Positions 1-9,500 of a stretch of 64,000 bases of DNA are shown piece by piece. Made by a program: the position numbers and the translations under genes. The stretch is from positions 8,658 through 72,657 of IMG/VR virus record IMGVR_UViG_3300030376_006284; one strand, given 5' to 3'. Source of the DNA: a virus (lineage: Duplodnaviria > Caudoviricetes). How positions within the stretch are numbered: position 1 is the first letter of the stretch; each line of letters starts with the position of its first letter. The notes beneath the pieces were generated by a model. The model was not told where the DNA came from. It searched no databases and saw only the letters and a program-made list of their open reading frames with translations.

Positions 1-1
1 C

Positions 2-3000
2 TATACCTACTTTTCCATCTGTGGCTATCTTTAATCTTTGTGATCCACCTACATAAAAATCTAAATTAGCTGACCCATCTGCTGCTAGTGAAATGTTAGT
101 AGAATCCTGATAAACCCTAAAGAATCTTGTGCCATCACCAGTTTTAAAACTACTTGTGCCAGAGGCACTTTGAACAGTTAATGTATTTGTTGGGGAAGTA
201 GTGCCTATTCCTACTTTACCGTCCTGCAAAACTGTTGCTAATGTATTGACTTGATTGTCATTTAATATATCTAACCGTCCGTTAGTTTGCACCTTGAGGG
301 AAATATCTTTAGATGAACCACTTTCTTTTAGAATTAAACGTGGAGTGGTGTTAGTGACCATAAAGTCACCATGCACATCAAGCTTAACCACTGGAGATGT
401 CGTGCCTATCCCTACGTTACCAGTACCAAAATAAGCCTTATCATTCTGTACTGTAAACCTATTAGTCATCATAAGGTCAGCCCCTACGGTGTCCGTTTGG
501 TTTGTGCTAGTTGTTAGAACATTAAATCCATTATGATTAATCTTTAGGAGTGTCTTATGTCCTGCAAAGTTATCGTAAGTAGATACAAAACCTGATGCGT
601 TATATTTTCCAGCAGCCCCATAGCCTATACATAACGATCCACTTGAATGTTCAGAACTGAATACGTTTAGATAATCATTTCCACTGTACGTCCTGACTAA
701 AAACTTTCCTCCAGTTGTAGATCCAACATGGGATAATTGAACAAATCCACCACTGTCAGCTTTTAATTGATTATTACTTCCTGTTGTAAGAATAACTTGT
801 CCCGAAGATCCTGATTCTAGAGTCAAACTTTGACCGCTTGAGAAATAACTAGATCTGACTTTTCTTGATGCCACACCACTACCGCTATCTACTCTAACAG
901 TTCCATTAACGTGAAGTGTTAAATCTGGGCTTGTAGTGTTTATACCAATTTTACCATCCTGTTGAATACGCACTCGCTCCTGCAAACTGCTGTTTGTGGC
1001 TCTAGTATGAAAGCGTAATTCTCCTCCAGATGTTGAATCTGTGGTTGTATTGTAAGCACCTATAAGAGCTATGTTCCTATTATTATGGTCTCCCCCTCTA
1101 GGTAAATATGCTAATCCAAACTTAGCTACGTCTGTTTGACCAGCAGTGAAATTACCTTCTAGCTTCATGTCACCCCTGACACTGCCATAAACATGTAGCT
1201 TATCTGTAGGACTTGTAGTTCCTATTCCTACATTACCATCGTGTTTTATAGTAGCCCTTATTACTCCTGCCGATCCAAGTTGCAATGCTGTGCCAGAAGC
1301 CGTAGAGGCTAAAACAGCAGCCCTAGCGATAGTACCACTCAGGTAACCAGTGCCACTTCCCTCTACGCCAAATAGTGCTTGAGATGTACCGCCACTAGTT
1401 TTAACAAGCATACCAGTTAGAGAAGAGGTGTCGTTACTACCTACAACCTCAGTGCCTGAATTATTAACAACTAATAACTTGGCATTTGATTGAATCTGCG
1501 AATTGTTGATTATGAACTTGTTTGTAGTTCCTCCATTCGCTCTAAACTGGATCTCTCCTGCGCTTGCTATTGAGGCATTAGTTGAGCCAAATGTAAATTC
1601 TAAGTTGGAAGCAGTGCCTCTCTCAAATTTAATAGTCGGCCCTGCTGAATCTACTACATGTAATGTGCGACTTGGGGTTGCAGTACCGATCCCTACTTTA
1701 CCATCATGCTGAACTCGCATTCTTTCAGCTATCGAAGCACCTGCTCTTGTGCTAAAGACTAAGTTTCCATTATAGCTCGATCCTGTGCCTGTTGTTACAG
1801 AGCCTATCTTAGCTGAGTTAGCTAAGTTCCCATCTTCATTAGCAGACCTAAATGTAATGATTGATGGCTCAGAAGCGGAAGCGTGTGCAGACAGAGTAAG
1901 CCCATCATATCCAAAATCTGTATGTGAGGCTCCATCATCTTGAGCAATGTCGAGTCTTGAAAGTGGAGAAGATGTTCCTATTCCTACGTTGCCATCAAAA
2001 GCTGTCCCATTTGAGTTACCAATTTGTAAAGTTCCTTGGTCATTATGTAAAGAACCTCTAACTCGCAAGCTATTTTGCACATAAGCTCCTTGACTAGAGT
2101 TAACATAAAAATAGTTGTACGGAACTGTTACTATACCATCATCTCTAATTGCAAAAAGCTCACCGTCATTATTATTCCTAACTCTTAACGCAGCTGTACT
2201 GCCTGTTCCTGCACCCTTTACTTCAAGTCTACAGTCTGGGTTAGTAACACCAATTCCCACTCTATTGGCTGTATCGACACGTAGCGTCTCAGAAAAAGTC
2301 CCATTAAGTACATGACCAAGACCTAAGTGTGCTTGCCCATCGTAACCATTATTGTAAGCCTGTATTGCTGCCCCATCAATATTTGAACCAGTGTTATTAT
2401 TAACCCTGAACATCATGCCGACCCTAGAGTCAGAAGCATTGGTTGGGTTATGTAAGTGTAGCGCAAAATTATCTGAACCTGCTGCAACAGTGTTCTCTAT
2501 GTGTAACTTTGCTGCTGGACTTGAAGGGCCAATTGCTAAGTTACCCGTTTGGGTAAGATGCATTGCTACTGCATTACCTGCATTAAACTTTATCCCATCA
2601 CTAGATGAACCATATATTTTCGCATTACTGTTACCAAAATTAATACCCTTATTGTCATTGAAAAGAACAACACCCGATGCGCTGAGATTTCCATCTTCCT
2701 TAATGGTTAAAGCTAGATCGCCAAGTTGATAATAATCATTTCCATCTCCCGCTGCTGTATCATGATTATCTACATAAAATTTAATAGCTTTTGGCGCAGA
2801 ATGAATTGTGTCGCTACCTGCGCCAGCGCCTTCTAAAAGTATTAAAGAATCAAAGTAAGATGCAGTTCCTGAAGTAACCGCCCCAGCTGACATTTTTAAT
2901 CCAGCTCCAAGAGCTTGGGCTGTGCTTATTCTATCATGTTTAACAGATAAGAAAACTCTACCATCAATATTATTGCCATCATTATGTACAAATAAAGGCT

Positions 3001-6000
3001 CTGCTGGTTGATTTGCTAGTGAAGTAGCATTTGCTATTATTTCTAATTTTTGTGATGGAGCAGATGTTCCTATACCAACATTACCAGCTTGCGAACCACC
3101 ACCAACAGTCATACGAATGGCATCATTTGTTACAAAATTTATGTTATTGTAAGCACCACTAGTTTGTGTTCCGTGATTTATTAAATTTGTATCTGAGTAA
3201 GTTCCATATAGGCTGCCACCACCACTTGAAACTTGCTCAAGACTTGCAGTTGATCCCACATTAGTCCCTGATCTTATGGTCATAAAACCACTACCAGTAT
3301 TACCAGTTGGATTATGGTCGATATGGAAACATCTAGTTTGAGTATTAGCTGCACTAGGTACTTCAATCTCTAATGGTGTGTCAGGACTCGCTGTGCCTAT
3401 GCCTACCTTACCATTAGTATCTATTTTAAAAATGTTTGTCCTAGAATTATTAGATCCAGTCTTTAAAGTGAAATCATAAACAGCGACATTTCCATGACCA
3501 TTTGAATCACACCAAATGTTTAGCTGATTTCCTACATCGGTATAATTTCCGCTAATGTAAAGCCCCCCACTAAACGAAGCCCCAGCAGACGTAGTAGAAA
3601 GCTTGAGGGCATTATCGTGATAGAGCTGTACTGCTCCATTTGGTATGGCTATAACACCTTTCTCACTTGTGTTGACTAAAAGCTCTACATTAGCTCCTCC
3701 TGTATTTCTAATTAATAAATGTTTTCCTTGATCTACTGAAGAAATGTAATTATTAAAGCCAGACTCAAAAAGCTCTAAATTACCTGCTGTGGTAATTGTG
3801 GTAGAGGTCATCTTTCCAGTGACAGTGATACCTCCTGCATCTGTGGTGAATTTCTGCGAATTATTGTGCCTAATTTTTACCGCTCCATCTTTATAACAGG
3901 CAATCGCAGTTTCCCCATATACACCGTCAGAGTCATTGAAACCTAGTGCTAAAGTGCTACCTGCCGTAATCTGAAATTCATTCGGCCCTGTGTAAGCAAT
4001 ACGACCCCTCACATTGTCATGCCAGAGGCTCAGATCATTATGAGTTCCTAAAGTTAGCTCCACATGATCTCTAAGGTTTAACCTGTCTTCTGACTGATCC
4101 CATGTTAGATAACGATCTGAAGTATCCCCATAGAAAACGACATCATGTCCTGTTCCATTCTCCCCAACTATAATCCCTTGATTAAAGTGCCATGAGTCAG
4201 TTGAGTTTGACCAGTTGATTGTGTAATCACTAGTACCTTTAAGAGTAATACCACCACCATCAGCAGTTAAATCTGTTGGGGTAGCAACAGAACCTAATTC
4301 AATGTTCTTATCATCAACAGAAACAGTTGTACTGTTTATCGTTGTGGTCGTTCCTTGGACAGTTAAACCTCCCGAAATAATAACATTTCCAGAAAAGGTG
4401 GATGCTAAATTAGCTATAGCTAATCTTTCTACACCCCCTGTATAAAACTTTAAATAGTTAGAACCATTACTTCCTTGGATTCTAGCATTAGCACTACCAA
4501 ACTGCACATAATGAGCAGAGCTAAGTTTTAAATTTGATGAGGCTATTGTTAGGTCTTGATAAAAAGCTGAACCATTTGCATCTAGTATTGCGATAGTACC
4601 AGAACTATTTTGGAAAGTATAACCACTCCCAGTTGTTGAGCTTGTAAAAATATGACTAGACCCACTAACGGCAGGTATGATATCTAAATGTCTAGAGTTT
4701 ACGCTTTCCTCTATCCTTAACCGATCCCCCTTTATGTGTAGCTTATGGTCTGGAGTCGCTGTTCCTATGCCTACTTTGTTATCTTGAGCAGTTCCACCTG
4801 AATTTACCCCAAGCATAATGTCATACCCAGACCCAGCAGCATTATAAATTCTTAAATCATTACCAGCATGGTTGAAAAACCATTTGTTTGCATTATCTGC
4901 TCTTCCTAACCTTAAAGAATGTGTACTCCCATTTGGTGCATCTAAAAGAGTTTCCCCAGCGACTTCAAGTTTGAATGAAGAGCTTCCAGTGCCGATACTT
5001 ACACTACCTCCAAAATAGTTTCTCATATCAGCATTCAACTGATAGACGCCATAAGGAGTATTAGTTTGAGTACCTGAAGTTATATCTCCGATATATAAAC
5101 CATACGTATTAGTTATTGTATGACCTGTGTTTTCAAATGCGGTTAAAGAACCGTGTGCAACAGAATATCCTATCCAATTAGTGATAGTACCGTTTCCAGA
5201 TAATTCTGTATGAGTATTATAATGAGCTACGTTATTTATTTGCCCACTACCTGAAGTGTGGACTCTACTCAAATGGTTTTTTAAGTTAGTTGCCGTTCCT
5301 GTAGAACTAACTGTTGTCATCACTTGTTGATGAAGTGAATTTTGAAAACTACCTCCTGTGCCTGTCAGGGTAAGGTTATTTTGTATTGCATACATTGCGC
5401 TACTTTGCGTACTAGTAGCGGTTGTTGTGGCGGTTGATTTGATTGTGGCTGTTGCTATCGATCCTGATTGTGTTTGAGAATCTAATATATCTAATTTAGC
5501 GGCTGGAGTTGTAGTTCCTATTCCAACATTACCACCCAAAGGGTTTAGTTGCAGATCGTAGTTATTACTATTCACTACAGAATGACTTTGAATCCATCCA
5601 GCGCCACTACTTGAAACGCCCATTTCTATCCCGTAGGATCCTGCGGAGTTTGAAACTAGGAAAGCTCCAGCAGCATTAGAAGCTGTTGCATCATCGTCAG
5701 AATCATAACCAGCCACATGTAAAGTAGTTCTGGGTGTGGCGTGTCCAACTCCCACTCTCCTCAGTTGATCTATAAAGAATGTCTCTACATCCCCTGAAGC
5801 GTTACTTTGTATGAAAGAGTATTTACCGTAGTTTGTGTTGTCCCTTGAGGTGAAATATAAGGTTGTGCCAGCTCTCTGTACTTTGCTGAACTGATTTGTC
5901 CCATCTGAATCCTGTAACCTAATTGTTGCTGTTGTTCCAGAAATGTGTAAGTCATCAGCAGGGGCATCTGTTCCTATACCAACATCCATGTTTAGGATGT

Positions 6001-6541
6001 TGAACTCTTGAGTGCCAGCAGCGTTGTGCTTGAACTCAAAACCATGATTGTTTATATCAGAGTGAAATTCTAAGTTTCCTGTGGAATTATTTCTGCCAAT
6101 GGTAAATGCGTCCGTCTCAGTTCCTCCGCTTACATAGGAAAATCCTATCTGATGAGAAAGGTTGTTTGAAGCATCACTTAAATTTAATAACGAAGAAGGT
6201 GTTGTAGTTCCAATACCTACGTTACCAGAACTAGCAATACGAACTCGCTCGTCAGCGTTAGTCCAAAACCTTAAAGAGTTATCACTGTGTTGATATCTTA
6301 TTCTTCCTATATCAGCGTCAGCTGAGTCTCCAAAAACAATTTGCCCTGCACTAGTTCCATCCCCTGATATTATACATATACCAGAGTTAGCAGGATTAGA
6401 AATTGTAAGGGGTTGGGAAGTACTTAAAGTCGGTATTGTAGTTGAACCACCTGATACGTGTAAAAGTGATGCAGGACTCGCAATATTTATTCCGATATTG
6501 CCTCTTAGATTTTGGATTGCTGGTATAGTTTTGTCTGCCAT
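2..6541 (-). CDS. Giant tail fibre protein, at least 2180 aa, truncated by the window edge (absent from the ORF track)
   Basis: ATG at 6541 (MADKTIPAIQNLRGNIGINIASP...), 1 nt after the stop of the upstream fibre. I read the frame open to position 2 (...KIATDGKVGI). About 18 G[NK]VGIGTxxP..KL[HDE]V repeats; rich in Gly/Ser/Thr/Asn. Confidence 0.85.
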   Translation of the reverse strand, partial: MADKTIPAIQNLRGNIGINIASPASLLHVSGGSTTIPTLSTSQPLTISNPANSGICIISGDGTSAGQIVFGDSADADIGRIRYQHSDNSLRFWTNADERVRIASSGNVGIGTTTPSSLLNLSDASNNLSHQIGFSYVSGGTETDAFTIGRNNSTGNLEFHSDINNHGFEFKHNAAGTQEFNILNMDVGIGTDAPADDLHISGTTATIRLQDSDGTNQFSKVQRAGTTLYFTSRDNTNYGKYSFIQSNASGDVETFFIDQLRRVGVGHATPRTTLHVAGYDSDDDATASNAAGAFLVSNSAGSYGIEMGVSSSGAGWIQSHSVVNSNNYDLQLNPLGGNVGIGTTTPAAKLDILDSQTQSGSIATATIKSTATTTATSTQSSAMYAIQNNLTLTGTGGSFQNSLHQQVMTTVSSTGTATNLKNHLSRVHTSGSGQINNVAHYNTHTELSGNGTITNWIGYSVAHGSLTAFENTGHTITNTYGLYIGDITSGTQTNTPYGVYQLNADMRNYFGGSVSIGTGSSSFKLEVAGETLLDAPNGSTHSLRLGRADNANKWFFNHAGNDLRIYNAAGSGYDIMLGVNSGGTAQDNKVGIGTATPDHKLHIKGDRLRIEESVNSRHLDIIPAVSGSSHIFTSSTTGSGYTFQNSSGTIAILDANGSAFYQDLTIASSNLKLSSAHYVQFGSANARIQGSNGSNYLKFYTGGVERLAIANLASTFSGNVIISGGLTVQGTTTTINSTTVSVDDKNIELGSVATPTDLTADGGGITLKGTSDYTINWSNSTDSWHFNQGIIVGENGTGHDVVFYGDTSDRYLTWDQSEDRLNLRDHVELTLGTHNDLSLWHDNVRGRIAYTGPNEFQITAGSTLALGFNDSDGVYGETAIACYKDGAVKIRHNNSQKFTTDAGGITVTGKMTSTTITTAGNLELFESGFNNYISSVDQGKHLLIRNTGGANVELLVNTSEKGVIAIPNGAVQLYHDNALKLSTTSAGASFSGGLYISGNYTDVGNQLNIWCDSNGHGNVAVYDFTLKTGSNNSRTNIFKIDTNGKVGIGTASPDTPLEIEVPSAANTQTRCFHIDHNPTGNTGSGFMTIRSGTNVGSTASLEQVSSGGGSLYGTYSDTNLINHGTQTSGAYNNINFVTNDAIRMTVGGGSQAGNVGIGTSAPSQKLEIIANATSLANQPAEPLFVHNDGNNIDGRVFLSVKHDRISTAQALGAGLKMSAGAVTSGTASYFDSLILLEGAGAGSDTIHSAPKAIKFYVDNHDTAAGDGNDYYQLGDLALTIKEDGNLSASGVVLFNDNKGINFGNSNAKIYGSSSDGIKFNAGNAVAMHLTQTGNLAIGPSSPAAKLHIENTVAAGSDNFALHLHNPTNASDSRVGMMFRVNNNTGSNIDGAAIQAYNNGYDGQAHLGLGHVLNGTFSETLRVDTANRVGIGVTNPDCRLEVKGAGTGSTAALRVRNNNDGELFAIRDDGIVTVPYNYFYVNSSQGAYVQNSLRVRGSLHNDQGTLQIGNSNGTAFDGNVGIGTSSPLSRLDIAQDDGASHTDFGYDGLTLSAHASASEPSIITFRSANEDGNLANSAKIGSVTTGTGSSYNGNLVFSTRAGASIAERMRVQHDGKVGIGTATPSRTLHVVDSAGPTIKFERGTASNLEFTFGSTNASIASAGEIQFRANGGTTNKFIINNSQIQSNAKLLVVNNSGTEVVGSNDTSSLTGMLVKTSGGTSQALFGVEGSGTGYLSGTIARAAVLASTASGTALQLGSAGVIRATIKHDGNVGIGTTSPTDKLHVYGSVRGDMKLEGNFTAGQTDVAKFGLAYLPRGGDHNNRNIALIGAYNTTTDSTSGGELRFHTRATNSSLQERVRIQQDGKIGINTTSPDLTLHVNGTVRVDSGSGVASRKVRSSYFSSGQSLTLESGSSGQVILTTGSNNQLKADSGGFVQLSHVGSTTGGKFLVRTYSGNDYLNVFSSEHSSGSLCIGYGAAGKYNASGFVSTYDNFAGHKTLLKINHNGFNVLTTSTNQTDTVGADLMMTNRFTVQNDKAYFGTGNVGIGTTSPVVKLDVHGDFMVTNTTPRLILKESGSSKDISLKVQTNGRLDILNDNQVNTLATVLQDGKVGIGTTSPTNTLTVQSASGTSSFKTGDGTRFFRVYQDSTNISLAADGSANLDFYVGGSQRLKIATDGKVGI

Positions 6542-6542
6542 T

Positions 6543-9500
6543 TTATGTTACGGATAATGCGTCTCCCATGATGTGATAACACAGTCTTCCTGATATTGAT
6601 TCGGTAGTATCGGAGACTGCTTGGAATTGTATTGTAAAATTGTTCGGTGAACCTCCTGCTGTAGAAGGGTCAACTATCTTAGCTGCAATAGAATCGGAAG
6701 CTAAGTTATCTTGTTGTGTTAGTATAATTCCTGGCTCATTGTACCCTGTATCTCCTGCATTCTGTATAAGAAATTCACCGACATAAGCCAATGAGCTATG
6801 ATTACCCCAATTACCTGTTATGAATACTTTAACGTGGCAAGCGGTATGGTGTGCTAAACTAACTGTTAGTCCTGTCGTAAAGCTGTGAGTTATTGTGTAA
6901 GCTTTACTGCCTATTAAATGTCCGTTAGTTGATGAGTAGCCGACTCTAGCACCGCCTCTAACATCTAACTCCTCTGCTGGTGACGTTAGTCCTATTCCTA
7001 CTTTATCTTGAGATGCGTCTACATATAGTGTGTCTGTATCAACATAGAAATCGCTGCTTGAATTAAATCCTCCAATAGTCGCATTACCCTTTCTGAAATA
7101 AATAGCCCGACTAGATTCACTGTTTAAAAATACATCCCCAGAAGAACTCTGCAATAAAGCGTAACCACTTGTAGAAGCTCTTTGTAAATGAGCAAATCCT
7201 GCATGATCACTAAATCCCATGTGTCCAACTTGCGATCTACCTATTTGTGCGGATACATCTGTGTTTGTTCCTACTTCAAGGACTTGAGTTGGTGTAATCC
7301 ATGCGCTATTACCTACACTTAATTTTGTATAAACTCTTGTAGTGTTTGATATATCTACTGTACTCTGTAGATCAGTATGTCCTGTAATTTTTCCTGTTCC
7401 TGCTACATGTAGTTTTGCACTAGGACTTGTATCCCCTATGCCTACGTTACCATCACTAAGAATCCTTATAGCCTCTGTAGTTGCAGTGCTATTCCCTGTA
7501 AAGAAAGCTAAGTGAGTTGCAGCAGATGACCCTCCATCTACGGCATATAATCCTGCAAATTCCTCTCCAGTGTTACCCATTGATATACCACCGATAAGGT
7601 TGCCATTAGCATTGTGTGCATTTGTGAAGCTGAGCTTTGCCCCAATCGAAGTAGTAGCAATGGTTTTAGTGATGGCTGTAACAGGAGTTCCCTGTTGGCT
7701 TATTGCTGCTGCACTAAGATGGAGAGGGCTTGATGGGGCAGTATTAATCCCTAAGTACCTTGTAGTGTCTACTATTTGAAGAGCTATTGCACCATTAGAT
7801 TGCAGTCCATCTTTTATGACGAAATCATTACTAGCATGTTGACCCATGAACCAATTATGTCCAACTTTGTACCCTTGATATTGTTGATTTGTTGAACTAG
7901 TAATAAACCAAGCCCCTGCCCCCGTTGATTCACATTTAATTACTACATCATTTTCACTACCGCTAACATGAAGTTTTTCTGCTGGGGTTGCTGTTCCTAT
8001 ACCAACTCTTGGCCCATCACTCACTGTCCCATGGACTGTCATTCCAAGCCTCTGTACCCCAGATGTGGACTTAACATAGAACTTTAAGTCAGTGCGTAAT
8101 GCACTTGCATTGGAATCTAAATCTATCTTCCCCCAGTTCTGTTGAGCGGCATTATAGTCTTGGGCAAACTGAATCCTGTTTAAAGTTGTATTTGCTACAT
8201 TATTCGACCCATCTCTATGTAGGGTTAGGATGTTGGCTGCATCAGTAGTCGAAACTTGGAGTTTTGTTGCAGGGCTTGTAGTACCTATGCCTACGTTACC
8301 ACCAGATTTTAAAACTAAAGTGTTTTCATTAGAAGTCCCACCTAAAACTAATCCGTGTCCATTTAAATCATAAATATCTGGGTTAGTAAATGAACTTGAT
8401 GATCTAGTAAATCCAGCAGCATAAAAATTGTTTCCTGCACTTGTATCTTGGATAAATCTAGCGGCAACAATATTACCATCTACATCTAACTTTTGAGCTG
8501 GACTAACTGTTCCTATGCCTACATTGCCTCCGTTCTTTATGTAGAAAACAGAAGTGCCATCATCTTGAAAATCTATTACTGGCTGTACTCCTTTTTGATT
8601 AACAATAACAGCAGGGCCAGTTCCGTCATTCGTTACTAAAAGCTGTTCAGTGGTGCTGACATCTGTGTCTATTATAGTGAACGTGCCTGTAGTAGAAATG
8701 TCTCCTTGTACTGTAAGATCTCCTGCCAGAACAACAGGCCCAACAGGTATATCTATACGCCCATCATTCCTTATGCTAAACAAGCTAGTGTTTGATGAAT
8801 TTCTAACCAAGAACCCGTATGCCAAACTATCGCTTGTTCCGCCTTTTACTTCTAATCTTGTATTTGTGGCAGCAGCTCCTACCCCTAAATTACCTCCTGC
8901 TATATAGCTATTACCAGTAGCATTAATTGATACTGTGTTTACACCCGATGAATTGTTAATTGTTAACTGACCATGATCACTTGATACTCCAAGGTTAATA
9001 ACCTGTATTCCAGAACTATTGAGTCTTGAAATTGTTCCTTTGACTGAAAGCAAATGAGGAACCGTAGTCGTGCCAATACCTACGTTACCATTTTCCTCAA
9101 TCCGCATCCTTTCATTTTGAATAGTCTGAAATCTAAGTCTTCCAGTTCCACCAGTGCTATAGGTTGAGTTGATGTAAGCACCGTCTGCATCAGCCCCTGC
9201 TAAAAATCTATTATTACGTACAGAGTCACTGTCAAATAAAGTTAAAGTCGCACCTGCACCTGTACTTGTCCTAATGTTTCCGTTAACTTCTAATTTTGCT
9301 ACGGGGCTATTAGTCCCTATACCTACGTTTCCGCCAGTCTGGATCGTAAACCTGTCACCCGTTGAGCCATGTTCCCTAATTGTGAAATCAGAGTTAACTC
9401 CATTATTAGTAACTTTGAAGGCATACCCCCTATTTGGGTAACTAGCGTTCTTAACACCTAAATATAAACCATCACTACCACTGTCCGTAAATATAGCAGC

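Noticed and set aside
6539-6545. Readthrough or frameshift fusing the two fibre genes
   Set aside because: Ordinary TAA-A-ATG coupling with no slippery site or stimulatory structure seen.
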